From: Chiloscyllium plagiosum | Lineage: Eukaryota | Assembly (NCBI RefSeq): GCF_004010195.1 | Contig: NC_057718.1 | Coordinates: 104,100,342 to 104,164,341 of the forward strand | Length of the DNA stretch: 64,000 nt | Direction of reading: 5' to 3' | Shown: one piece after another, positions 48,981 through 61,807 of the stretch | Position numbering within the stretch: position 1 is the first letter of the stretch | How the letters are laid out: each line of letters opens with the position of its first letter | Program-made: the position numbers and the translations under genes | Notes under the pieces: model-generated | The model's database searches: none | What the model was told of the DNA's origin: nothing | Seen by the model: only the letters and a program-made list of their open reading frames with translations

Positions 48981-49839
48981 TTTTAGATATGCTACACATA
49001 CAGTCCCTGTATATAAGGGCATCTCACCACCAACTGTAAACATACAGAAAGGATTGCCACAGTCCCCTCATCACAGGCAGTAAAGATCATTGGTCAGATG
49101 AGCTGGAGAAATTGTGCAGGTTAGCATCATGTGTGTGATCCGAGCAGGCACCTGTGGAGTACAGTGACACTGCCAGGACTAGTCAGTTTCTGCAGCACCG
49201 AAGACGGGATATTAAAGAAAATGGAATATTTTAGTCGGAATGTTTGACCAGCTAAGTTCATGGCACTACAACAAGGAGAGAGCAGAATGCAGTGTCGAGA
49301 CTGAATTCACAGGGTTCCAGGAGTTTAGCTCATCCTTAAAACCGCCATCTTTGAGACTTCACAGCACAGACATCAGGAGCTTAATGACTGCCTTCAATAT
49401 CAGAAAAGCTTGACGTTTCTTCTCAGCCAAAATAGTCAGCCGTTTCTCCTTGCACCAGGCTTGGCTGAAGCCATTATCCCATTCAGAGAGATTTACACAG
49501 GGAGTCAACACAAAAAAGACGGCTGCATCATTCTCGAGAGCCTGGGCTTGGATCAGGGTTCCACTGGGTAAGGCTTGGCTATCTCCCTCCACCCCTCTGT
49601 ATCTGAACCGAAGTTGTTTGCTCACATTCTGTCATTCTGCTTCACTTGCAGTGAATGCTTCAAAAAGTGGCATGTGATAGTGTGCAGCCAGATTCCATAT
49701 GCAGCCACAGCCAGTAACTGCCAGTTGTGACGGGAACAATAAACAACAGATCTCCGTTTTGGTAAAACATGGGCTTTCATCCCAGAAAGGGAAAGGGCAG
49801 CTGTTAAAGAGGGTACTTGTTTTAGAATGGCTGAAATTC

Positions 49840-50150
49840 TGACGGCTCAGTGGTTAGCACTGCTACCTCACGGCACCAGGGACCTGGGTTTGATTCCACC
49901 ATCGGGTGACTGTCTTTGTGGAGGTTGCACATTCTCCCCGTGTCTATGTGGGTTTCCTCCCACAGTCTAAAGATGTGCAAGTTAAGTAGGTTTGCAAAAT
50001 TGCCCCACAGTGTCCAGGGATGTGCAGGATGGGATGCACTGGCCATGGGATCTGCAGGGTTACAGGGTAGGGGGACATGGTATGCTGTTTGGAGGGTTGG
50101 TGTGGACTTGATGGGCCAAATGGCCTGCTTCCACAAACTGTTGGGATCCT
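49840..50150 (+). mobile_element. HE1-type V-SINE
   Basis: Head GGCTCAGTGGTTAGCACTGC, V domain, tail. Confidence 0.88.
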
Positions 50151-50781
50151 AGGATTCCCTCTCACAAGATCATCCTAAAATCAAAGGGTGGGGGAAGATC
50201 TAAGCTAGGCACTGGTGTTAGGAATGAGGATTGATAGATTGTTCCAGCACAGAGCAGGCTGTTCAGCCCATTGTCCCTATGTTAGCTCTTTGAGAGATCC
50301 CACTCCCCTGTCATTTCTCCTTCAAATGTTCATCCCATTCCCTTCTCAAACTACAGGATAGGACCGAGGGACCAGAATCAAGAAAGCTACCAGCACCAGA
50401 CAGAGGTCATTAAATGGCCATTTGTGCTGGCTCTTTGACACAGCAGTCCAGATCAATCCTGCGTCTGTATTTTGTTCACATAAATCAATTAAATATGCCT
50501 CTTCAAAGATACATTCAGTTGCCTTTTAAAAGCTCCTTTACAAACTATTTTCATATTTTCCAGATAATACTAACCCTCTGTGTGAAGAAATATTACCTCA
50601 CCTCAAATCCTTTTCCCACTATTTGAAACTCTTTGGTTGTTGACCCAGTGGGAACAGTTTCTCCACCTCGTAACTGTAAATACCTCTCTGCTGGGAAGCA
50701 AACGGTCCCAGCTTTCAAAACCTTGCCACATGACTCAGCTCCCTTGTATAAAAGGAAAATACCACAGAAACTAGAAACCTC

Positions 50782-51042
50782 AGGGCAGCATGGTGGCTCA
50801 GTGATTAGCACTGCTACCTCACATTGCCAGGGAGCTGGGTTCGATTCCAGCCTTGGGTGACTGTCTGTGGCAAGTATGCAAGTGTTCCCTGTGTCTGCAT
50901 GGGTTTCCTCCGGGTGCTCTGATTTCCTCCCACAGTCTGAAGGTGTGTAGATTAGATGGGTCAGCCATGGGAAATGCAAGGTTATAGAGATGGGGTGGAG
51001 GTGGTTCTGGATGGAATGCTCTTCACAGTGTAGGGATTCTAT
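50782..51042 (+). mobile_element. HE1-type V-SINE
   Basis: Head GGGCAGCATGGTGGCTCAGTG, B box, V domain. Confidence 0.88.
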
Positions 51043-51129
51043 GAAACAATAACAGACAGTACTGGAGAAACTCAGCAGGTCTGGCAGCACCTGTGGAGAA
51101 AGAAACAGAGTTAATGCTTTGAGCTCATT

Positions 51130-52089
51130 TTGACTTTTGTCATTTACATAAACGATTTGGATGCGAGCATAAGAGGTACAGTTAGTAAGTTTGCAGATGA
51201 CACCAAAATTGGAGATGCAGTGGACAGCGAAGAGGGTTACCTCAGATTACAACAGGATCTGGACCAGATGGGCCAATGGGCTGAGGCTTGGCAGATGGAG
51301 TTTGATTTAGATAAATGTAAGGTGCTGCATTTTGGAAAAGCAAATCAGAGCAGCATTTATACACTTAACGGTAATGTCCTAGGGAGTGTTGCTGAACAAA
51401 GAGACCTTGGAGTGCAGGTTCATAGCTCCTTGAAAGTGGAATCGCAGGTAGACAGGATAATGAAGAAGGCATTTCCTTTATTGGTCAGAGCATTGAGTAT
51501 AGGAGTTGGAAACTGTACATAACATTGGTTAGGCCACTTTTGGAATATTGTGTGCAATTCTGGTTTCCTTGCTATTGGAAGGATGTTGTGAAACTTGAAA
51601 GGGTTCAGAAAAGATTTACAAGCATGTTGCCAGGGTTGGAGGATTTGAACTGTAGGGAGAGGCTGAATAGGTTGGGACTGTTTCACCTGGAGCGTCTGAG
51701 GCTGAGGAGTGACCTTATAGAGGTTTGTAAAATCATGAGGCTCATGAATAGGGTAAATAGACAAGGTCTTTTCCCTGGGGTGGGGGAATCCAGAACTAGA
51801 GGGCATAGGTTTAAGGTGAGAGGGGAAAAATTTAAGAGGGACCTAAGGGGCAACTTTTACATGCAGAGGGTGGTGCAGTGTATAGAATGAGCTGCCAGAG
51901 GAAGTGGTGGAGGCTGGTACAATTATAGCATTTAAAGGGCACCTGGATGGGTATATGAATAGGAAGGGTTTAGAGGGATATAGGCCAAGTGCTGGCAAAT
52001 GGGACTCGATTAGGTTGGGATATCTGGTCAGTACAGACGAATTTAATTAAAGGACCTGCTTCTATGCTGTTTGACTCTATGACTCTATA
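51130..52089 (+). mobile_element. CR1 RT to 3' end
   Basis: FVIYINDLD..SKFADDTKIG..LQQDLD..WQMEF..LEYCVQFWFP.. and (GACTCTAT)n tail. Confidence 0.95.
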
Positions 52090-53034
52090 ACTTTGTCAAT
52101 GAGAAAGGTTTGAAGAACCGGAATTCAAAGGATTCAAATCGCTCACTGTTTCTCTCCAGCGATGCTGCCAGACCTGCTGAATTTCTCTGGCACTTTCTGT
52201 TTTTATTTTATACTCAACTTCCTTATACCTGGTATCATCCTGGTAAATCTCCTCTGTACCTTCCACATGGTCTTAACTGAAGGTGAGGCCACTCCATAAA
52301 GCAATGTACAGGCCCCTGCACTGTTCTATAGTGTAAGGATTAATTTGTACTCTAATGCAGGCAGCTCAGTTAAGCAAATATAAAAGTAGAAAGTGCCAGA
52401 AAGGTCACCTTCTTCAGCAAAATACCATGTAAATGTCATAGAAAATTTTGTCATTAAAAAGTACCAAAGTGCTATGTGAAAGTTATCCAAAGATGAATCA
52501 TGCATCGTATTTAATTTCTCATATTTGTGGAGAACATTATGTACTTTATACATTGTTTATGGCTAACTTTGTTGAGATTAACTACCTTGGCATGTTTGAG
52601 AGGATTGGTCACATTTAATGATGTAACAACACTATCCCAAAAGCAGCACTGGAGTGTGTACAATGTAATAGTCAGTGATAGATGGAGATTACAAAGTAGG
52701 TTAGTTTCTCCGAAAGGGATTTCAAACCCATAGTTAAAATGCAAAGTAAACTCATTATCAAAGAGCCAGATGTACCTGAAATATGTCATTCCAAGGAAGA
52801 GGCATCAGACTCATAACTCTGTTACTCGGCTTCTCCAGCAATTTGTTCTTATTTTGTTTCAAATCGCCAGCCTCCACGGTTTGTTTTTGCATTCACCCGT
52901 GTGTCATGGTGTCACCGGCTGGGCCCAGCATTTATTGCCCATGCCTAGTTGCCCTTGAGGAAGGTGGTGAGTGAACTGCTTCCCTGTGGAGCTCTGGTTG
53001 GTATGGTGGTAATACCCCTGCCTCTGAGCCAGAA

Positions 53035-53250
53035 TGATTTGGAGATTCCGGTGTTGGACTGGGTGTACAAAGTTAAAAATCACACAACACCAGGTTATAG
53101 TCCAACAGGTTTAATTGGAAGCACACTAGCTTTCGGAGCGTCGCTCCTTCATCAGGGGCTACCACCTGATGAAGGAGCGTCGCTCCGAAAGCTAGTGTGC
53201 TTCCAATTAAACCTGTTGGACTATAACCTGGTGTTGTGTGATTTTTAACT
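53035..53250. mobile_element. Palindromic PLE family B mini-insertion with a hammerhead motif on each strand
   Basis: 86-bp inverted arms 53071-53156/53165-53250; CUGAUGA-A-GGAGC-GUC-GCUCC-GAAAGCUA at 53166-53194; TSD CTCTGAGCCAGAA (53022-53034, 53249-53261). Confidence 0.9.
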
Positions 53251-54494
53251 CTGAGCCAGAAGGGCTGGGTTCAAGTCCGACCTGTTCCAGAGGCATGAAA
53301 TTATATCTCTAAATAGGCTGGTTAGAAAATGATTCAGCTGTCTTCTTGACCTGCTGCAGTCCATGTGCTGTAGTGTACACCCACAAAGACCTCAGGGAGG
53401 GAATTCCATGATTTTGAGTAAGTGACACTAAAGGAATGGCGATATATTTCCAAGTGGATAATTCATGAAACCCTGTGAGGACATAACCAGATGTTCGTTT
53501 CTGAGATCCTGGCTGTTTCATTTCGGATCAGGAAGAGGAAGGAGGAGGCCGAGATACAGGACTCTCCGTTACCCGAGGAAGAGCCCAGTCACAGTTTTAA
53601 TAGTTAGAATCCAGAGAGGGGTGATGTCAGGAAGTGTGTGAAATGTTAGCATTGAATTGAGGTTTTCTTCTGTGGCAAAAACATTTCTTCATGTGGTTTT
53701 GAAAGGAGTCAAAGCCCTAAACATTGGCTCCATGTCTTATTATTTGCTCATGGGATGTGGGCACCTCTGGCCGTGCTCGTGTTTATTGTTGATGCTGGAT
53801 CAGTTATTGGCTTGAAATCTAAGATCAATAGATGTTTGTTAAACAAAGGTATTAAGGGATATGGGCCAAAGACAGGTATATGGAGTTAGGCCACAGATCA
53901 ACCATGATCTCATTGAATGGCAGAACAGGCTTGAGGGGCTGAATGGCCTACATCCTTTCCTATCCCTAAATGCCCAACGGACAGTTAAGAGTCATCCACT
54001 TTGACGTGGGTCTGAAATCATGTGCAGGCCAGACTGTGTGATGGCAGATTTCCTTCCTTAAAGGACATTAGTGAATCTTGGGGGTTTTAACAACAATTGA
54101 TGGTTGTTACAGAGTCACTGTAAGTTTAACGTTTTCCCCTTTGAATTCAAGATTTTTTAAAAATTGAACTCTCACCATTAGCCATGGCAGGATTCAAACC
54201 AATACACATTATCACTGCACCATGACCCCTCCTAGCCCTGTCAATGGATGATGAGTTGTGACATATTTGTCCCTGTCGAAGGCTGGGTCCAGGGTCAGGA
54301 CGTGGTGTGGTAAATGTCAGGAGGTGAGGGGAGCCTGAGATAGTTTTGGTGAGGGAGGGGTTCAGGACCGCAGATTCAGGCCAAGCCCCTCTGAGCCTGA
54401 CATCAGCCAACATAGACCAATAGGAGCTCAATGGAACTCTGAGGATGGAGAAGCACAGAATCTGGCACAGTCACTCCCTTTCACATGAATCCAA

Positions 54495-54785
54495 CACCAG
54501 CTCACTCACCATAGCACCCCACCCTGCTACCCCAATTCAACACCACGCCCTCATCCAAATATAATACCCCACCCTCATACCCTGACCCTGATGCAACACC
54601 CCGCCCTCAGCCCCTCAGACCCCAATACAACACCCCACCCTCAGCCCCTCCCACCCCGATACAAACCCCGCCCCACCTCGGCTTCACCCCTCCCATCCCA
54701 ATACAATACCCACCCTCATCCCTCAACAAAATACGCCACCCTCACTCCCCATCCCCTCACTATAATACTCCTCCCCCAGACCCCA
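54495..54785. repeat. C-rich degenerate tandem repeat (..AATACAACACCCCACCCTCA..)
   Basis: About 8 imperfect units. Confidence 0.7.
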
Positions 54786-55084
54786 GTGCTGCTCAGATAG
54801 ACCAAAGGTTAAAATTGTCAGTCATTGCAATCCTGTGCAAATGAGGAAGGAGACAGTCAGTTACGAAAGTGTTATCCCCCTCGCTGTTGTCCGTTATGAT
54901 TGCAAAAGGCAAACAGTTTCATGGCTTGTCTTGATAACTGACCATCATTTCTCACCCAATATCTTGGGTCTGTTTCTGAATACTCAGGTTTAAATCAAAG
55001 TTACAGATACTGAGACTACATTTCAGTTGTAATGACAGAGGGACAGTGAGAAAGGAAGGAATCATACAGGTCTACAGCACTGAA

Positions 55085-55258
55085 AATCTGGTTCATTAAT
55101 ATCCATTAGGGCAGCAAATCTGCCATCCTTACCCAGTCTGGCCTACATATAACTCCAGACCCACAGTAATGTGGTTGACTCTCAATTGCAGTTTGGGCAA
55201 TTAGGGATGGGCAATAAATCCTGGCCCAATCAGCAACGTCCATATCCTGTGAATGAAT
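55085..55258 (+). mobile_element. Second SINE family, 3' part (other copies about 53975-54215 -, 59590-59930 +, 60845-61050 -, 38685-38820 -)
   Basis: Core AAATCTGCCATCCTTACC..GTCTGGCCTACAT..ACTCCAGACCCACAG; tail GGGCAATTAGGGATGGGCAATAAAT shared with the LINE family at 14312-15075. Confidence 0.75.
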
Positions 55259-55849
55259 TATTTTAAGAGGCCATTTGGCCCCTTGAGTATGTGCCTGTCA
55301 AAAACAAACACCTAACAAGTCCCAGGGCACACAGCTGTCAATACGAAGGCTTGGTTCTTGTCTTCTCGTGGACAATCCCACCACCAATCAAAAATCCACT
55401 TCAATTTCCCAGGGGAGGAATGAAGTGCCTGTCACTCTGATAATTGGCCAGTGTCAAGCACACCCCCTGGGATTCTGGGTCTCGTGGTAGAAATCTCACC
55501 CTCTGGGAAACTGGCAAACAATCAGAGGCTAACGGCTCTCCCAAATATTGCCACGTATCTCTGCTTGCCAGCCCTGGTGACACCCTGAGGACTTACTACA
55601 GATCCCTGTTGGATCCCTACATCAGAGATTTGCAGACAGGGTGGGGGTCACAGGAAGAGGGGGGAGAAAACCCTGTTGAAGACGTGGCCAAAGCCAAAGG
55701 GCAAGGGATGACTTTCAGTTGCCCCCTCTCTCTGGGCAGGGCCCCTTGATTGGGCACAGAGCACCAGACACTGATAGCTGGTAGCTCATTGACAAACCCA
55801 TCAGGGCCTCTCTGGAGTCTTGGGATGTGTGGAAAACTCAGTCCCCTGT

Positions 55850-56785
55850 TTCCCTTTCTCCCTACAATAGCCCTAAGGACTATATCTAACTCCATCTTGA
55901 AAACTTTCAGTGTTTTGGCCTTGACTACTTCCTGTGGAAGAGAATTACCCAGGCTCCCCACACTCTGGGTGAAGACACTTCTCCTCATCTCAGTCCAAAA
56001 TGGTCTACCCCATATCCCTAGACTGTGACCTGAAGTCCCTGGTCATTGAGAACATTCTCCTTGAATTTACCCTGTCTAGTGCTTTTAGGATTTTAGTTAA
56101 TTATGAGATACTCCTCATTTATCTAAACTCCAATGAATATAGTCCTAACCAATCTGATATCTCCTCATTCATCATTCCTGCCATCCCAGCAATCAGTCAG
56201 GTAAATCCTACAGCACTCCCTCCATTGACAGAACATCCTTCTCAGATAAGAAGCCCAAATTGCTCACAAAACTTCAGGTGTGGTCTCACTAATGTCCTAT
56301 ACAATTGCAGCAAGACATCCCTGATCTTGTACTCCTGTCTGCTCACTATGAAGGTGCCAACAAACTATTTGCCTTTCTCACTACCTGTTGCACCTGCATG
56401 TTTATTTTCAGCAACTGGTGTATGAGGTCATCCAGGTCTCATTGCACCTCCCCCTTTCCTAATTTATTGCCGTTCAAATAATAAATTGCCTTCCTATTTT
56501 TACTGCCAATCATCTGTCATACACATTTACCTATTTATTCAACTTGTCCAAACCACACTGAAGAATCTCTGCATCCTCTTCACACTCACCCTCCCTCCCA
56601 GCTGTGTGCCATCTGTAAAGTTGGAGATATTAAATTTAATTCCCTCAGTTAAGTCATTCATATATATTGTGAATAGCTAGGGTCCAAGCACTGATCCCTG
56701 CAGTACCCCACTAGTCACTGGCTACGTCTTCAAAAAGACCATTTATTCCTCCTCATTGTTTCCTGTCTGCCAAATTAGTTCCCTA
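55850..56785 (-). mobile_element. CR1 RT to 3' region, decayed
   Basis: Reverse complement includes VTSGVLQGSVLGP and MRRSVFTQSVGSLGNSLP. Confidence 0.85.
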
Positions 56786-57295
56786 TCCCCATCTGTTCAC
56801 TATCTCATTTACACTCATATCTTTTGTTCACCTCAGTCCTATGGATTGAGCCTAGGATCTGGCTTCCTAAAACCAGGTTGTGTGATGGAAAATAAATTAA
56901 ATAATGGCACTAATTCCAAAACTCAAAGAAGATAAAGGCCCTGCTCTACACGCATGAGGTGTAGGACTAGATGCACATAATTATGGAAAGCACACCACTC
57001 CCTGATATGTTTCTGAAAGCAACAGATATTCCAAAGTGTTCTGTCTCCTTTCAGAATTTGGTATCAGAAATCCAAATGTGTCAACATTACACCTTTGAAG
57101 TTATTGCTACAGCGTCCATATATAATGAGCTGAAATTCAGAAAATAAATTTCCAGTTTCCCAATATTACAACAATTTATCCATAAATAAAACTAAAACAT
57201 ATTGCTTCAAGGCAGTTGGAAATGCTCTAACTTTAGAATGTTCTGTTGTTTCAGGAACATCTTACTTTTAAATGAAGTCAAGCTACGAATGTTCT

Positions 57296-57600
57296 TAGAA
57301 CCCTTACAATGTAGAAATTAGGCCATTTGGCCCAGCAAGTCCACACCAACCCACCGAAGAATAACCCACCCAGACCCTTTCCTTATTTCTCTGCATTTCC
57401 CCTGACAAAGGCACCTAACTCTACAGGCAATTTAGCATGGCCAATTCGACTAACCTGCATCTCTTTGGATTGTGGGAGGAAACCCACGCAGACACGGGGA
57501 GAATGTGTAAGGTCCACACAGACAGTTGCCCGAGGCTGGAATCGAACCGGGGTTCCCGGCGCTGTGAGGCAGCAGTGCTAACCACCAAGCCACCGTGCTG
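57296..57600 (-). mobile_element. HE1-type V-SINE
   Basis: Head, V domain and tail. Confidence 0.9.
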
Positions 57601-59049
57601 CATCCGTCGTTGCAGCCTCACCTACTTGTTTTTGTAAATGTATGTTCATTAAGTTAAAAATTCATCAAGTTATTGTAATCAGCTTGACACATATTTTGCC
57701 CCTTTTTTGCAAACCAGAAGAATCTCTAATGATTTCAAAGTGGCATGTTGCAAGGAGTATTCAGTCTGCCAGCTGGGTGGAAAACCTGACCAGCTGATTG
57801 CGTGAGCAGTTTCAATGACATATTCCAGTACTGTAATGCAATGTCACTCAGGCAAACTGCAAAGAGCTTTCTCCTGCTCTTATCTGCATGTTCCCTGTCA
57901 TTGTATCCAGGGAAATGTCCTGCCCCTTTTGAGCATGAACATTTGCTTGTGTGAGTTTGCCACCAGAACACACTAATTTACCCACTTTATGTAATTACAG
58001 ATCTGACAGGCAATGGAGGAGGTGATTCTATTCTCCAGCTAATTGCAATGCCACCTGGGGTTAAGGCTTTTCATATTCAACATCAGAAAAGGCTACAAAG
58101 CTCTCAATTATTCTTTGATTTGTATGAATATACAATAAGCATCATCTCCAATCAATTGGGATAATTTCCTTTACCTTTTAACAAGGTAAACTTTCATAAA
58201 ATCATGTGGTGTGTTAATTTTCCATTTCACGGCTAAGTATCCTATCATTTACAATAAATTTCTCTCCCAAACAAACATCAAATATGTTTATTTAACTTCC
58301 TATGGAGTGATGAAGGTACTTTGCTGTTCCCTGTTGCTAGGATTAGTATTTCTCTGTTTGATTCCAATGATCTATCCGATCAGGCATTACCAACACCGTG
58401 GTCTAGTCTCTAACTCTCTTATTTTTAATCGTCACTTCTCCTTAATGTATTCTGATATGTTTCGACCCTTGAACTTCATGCAGTGCGCAGTCTGCAAATT
58501 GATTTACAATTACATATTTCAAAAATCATTTGTTTAAGGAATCACAATCCCTTCTGGAATACAGCTAGGAGTTCGTATTCAGGTCAATGTTCCTTTTCCT
58601 TTTCCTTTTATAATCTCTACACTTGCATCGTTCCCTTTCCTACTTTCTTCTTCATCGATGAGTCAATGAATCTATTAAATAACATGAATGAAGGTAGGTG
58701 TTATTCTGGAATTAGAAAGCTTGCAAATGTAGAGACTGATAAAGGGATCTCTGGTCCTACCTGCCTGAAGCGGAGGCAGATTCTGAGAGGAATGGGGTTA
58801 AATTTTGCTTGTTCTGTTATCCAAGCCAGCAGGAGTGATTCTCCACCTGTAACGAAAGAAGCTAAAATATAGAGGTCAGAAGGAGAATGTTGTTCAAGGA
58901 TCCTTAGAAGTAGGATTTGTGTCTGATGATTGAAGAGAAAGGAATAAGGCACGAGTATTATTTGGAACCTACAGCAGAAACAGGCCATTTGGCCCAACAC
59001 CAGTGTAACAGTGATTGTGCTCAACATCAGCCTCCTCCCAAACTAAGGT

Positions 59050-59368
59050 CTAATTCCCAGGGTGGGGGAATGCAAACCTAAAGGGTATAAGTGTAGGATG
59101 AGAGGGCAAAGATCTTAACGGGCACTGATGGGCAATGCTTTCATGCAGAGGGTGGTGCGTGTACGGAACGAGCTGCCACAGGAAGTGGTGGAGGCTGGTA
59201 CAATTACGGCATTTAAAGGGCACCTGGTTTGGTATATGAATAGGAAGGGTTTAGAGGGATATGGGCTAAATGCTGGCAAATGGGACTAGATCAGTTTGAG
59301 ATATCTGGTTGTATGGATGAGTTGGACCGAATGGCCTGTTTCCATGCAGTATAACTCTATGACTCTAT
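59050..59368 (+). mobile_element. CR1 3' end
   Basis: QRVVRVRNELPQEVV and ACTCTATGACTCT tail. Confidence 0.88.
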
Positions 59369-59661
59369 ATATCCTTCTAATCCTTTCCCCTTCATTGACT
59401 GATCTAGCCTTCCATCAAATGCACCAACCAATGTAGAGAAAGAGATGGCCCAGCCATCTGCAGACTGCTGAGGCTGACACCCACCATCAGAAAGTTCTTT
59501 GTGGGTTTATCGAAGGATAGAATGAGGAATCAGCTGAGGAAATGAAGAATGGGAAAGGGAGTCAGTGTGGATTTAGGGAGATGTTGCCTGGGGAGACAGC
59601 AGTATAGTGGGCATGTCACAGAGCTAGTAATCTAGGCTAATGCTCCAGGGATAAGAGTTCA

Positions 59662-59750
59662 GCTAGGAGAAAGTGAGGACTGCAGATGGTGGAGGGAGGA
59701 GGAGAGCTTCTTCAAGGAAGGCATCCTTGCAAGAAGATTCGCAGTAGGTT
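59662..59750 (-). mobile_element. PLE family A fragment inserted in a SINE head
   Basis: Reverse complement resembles 45440-45520; TAAGAGTTCA on both flanks (59652-59661, 59750-59759). Confidence 0.7.
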
Positions 59751-61807
59751 AAGAGTTCAAGTCAGGACTATAAAGTGAGACCATGACCAATAATCACCGT
59801 CTTCTAAAAACTCATTTGGTTCAATGAGGTCCTATAGGGAAAGAAATCTGCCATCCTTACCTGGTCTGGCCTTTACTGGCACCATATCTACGGTAGTGTG
59901 ATCATAAATACAACATAAAAGTGGCCCAGCATACTCTTTGTGGTGAAGTGGTAATGTCTGTACCTCTGAGTCAGAAGGTCCAGGTCATGCTCTACCTGCC
60001 CCAAGGATAGGGTGTCAAAGTATGTCTAAACAGGTCAATTAAAGTAAGCAAAGATGACCCAGCAACTCGGCTGTACCAAAGCCACAATAAAAATCTCAAG
60101 CCAAATGGACCGTAGCGGTTAGAGACAGTGACTCAGTACCACCTTCTCAAGGGCAATCCATACTGGGCCAGCCAGCAACAGCCAGCCCATGAAATAATAT
60201 CATCAATAAATCTGTTACTGTGAAGGGAAGCTTTCAGCAATACCTTCCAATACAAAGGTGAGAGGAAAATGTCACAACAGGGTTGGAATGGTAGAGTGAA
60301 GATGGAGAACATTACAGGAAAGAGAGGCTTGGCTTTGGCAGTGGGATAGAGGGGGAAAACACTGAGTGACAGCTTACGATGTACGTCAATGACCTGGAAG
60401 CAGAGACAAGAAAGCGGAGTCTGACCAATCACATCAAGAAGAGAGGGCTTGCAAACAATCAGAGGTGAAATTATGAATGTCCCGGTTGGAGTGTTGGAGA
60501 CCCAGCTAATCACTGGCAGGCGGACAAGGGCAAGGTCATGAGATCGGTAAAGGATAGCGAGTAGCAGCAAAAGAAGATGAAGAGTATTATTTTACAGAAC
60601 GCATTACAGGAGAAGGATTCGGGATTACTGACGGATTGGTTGTCAGAACTATTATTATGGTGTGCAACATCTGTGAAGAAAGCAAATAACATCCTGCTGG
60701 GTATTACCAGAATACGAGGATGCAGTAATCAGTCACTGATTCGGGGTGTTGTACATCACGGCTGTATACCTGAGTACTGTGGATTGTTCAGGGCTCCGAA
60801 CTTCAGCAAATGTATCCAGGCATTTGAGAGGGCTTCTTTTGTTTAGTCATTCAGGGATGTGGGCATCACTGGCTGGGCCAGCTTTTATTGTCCCATCCCT
60901 AAATGCCCAGAGGGAAGTTAGGATCTAATCTCCATACTGTGGGTCTGGAGTCACGTGTAGGCCAGACCAAGTAAGGACAACAGTTTTCCTTCTGTAAGGG
61001 GGCATTAAGTGAACCAGGCGGGTTTTTAGGAAAATATGGCTACCATGACAAAGACTCATTTTCAATCAGTTATTTTAGTATATTCACTTTTCTTCCAGGA
61101 GCTCCAATGATTGTGCATCCCCAGGGTACGAGCCTGGCTTTGTGAAGCAGCAGCCTAGAGACACTAACATGTCATTGTCACCCTAAAGCTATTGGATCAC
61201 TCATTACCAATTCCTTACTGCTCCTCCCCCCACCCTCCCCACCCCACTCCAACTTGGTGGCCAGCTGACACCAAGACCAGCTAGGCCTCCTCCAGGGGGG
61301 TGGGATTTCCCACACAGTGGACACAGCCCCCTCAAGGACACAGTGGCTCCAGAGCCCAGCACAGGGCCAGGAGAGGCTGCGGCATCGAGCAGTGACTGTC
61401 CTGCAGGGAGCTGAGTCCCACTACCTCCACCACCCGGCTGCTGGAGGGCTGCCTTCTTTCATTCATTCTCTGAAGGCAACTGGGACAGGCTCCATATTAA
61501 TGTGTCCTCACTCTCACCGATCTGCCTCAATGGTGCCCCTTGTGGTGTTTGTTATTAGAAGGACCTTCTGTAATCAGCCTGTGTGAGGATGTTAATGACA
61601 CACCTCTGGGGCAAATGGCACTGGACCTCAGGTCTCCTGGCTCAGAGGGAGGGTCACTACAAGACTCATTATGTTAACCCTGTTTCTCTTCCGGCAGATG
61701 CTGCCAGACCTGCTGAGTTTCTCCAACACTTTCTGATTTTAATACTTTGCGTAATCGCAGGGTAGCTTACCTCAGCTAAAAACAACGCACTGCAGGATTT
61801 GACTCCT

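Noticed and set aside
52326..52789. Overlapping 68-92 aa ORFs in unique sequence
   Set aside because: No recognisable domain or splice structure; lengths are compatible with chance
57041..57150. Possible terminal exon (pyrimidine tract-AG, 30 codons, AATAAA)
   Set aside because: Peptide unrecognisable, no upstream exons found, and such signals arise by chance in AT-rich DNA
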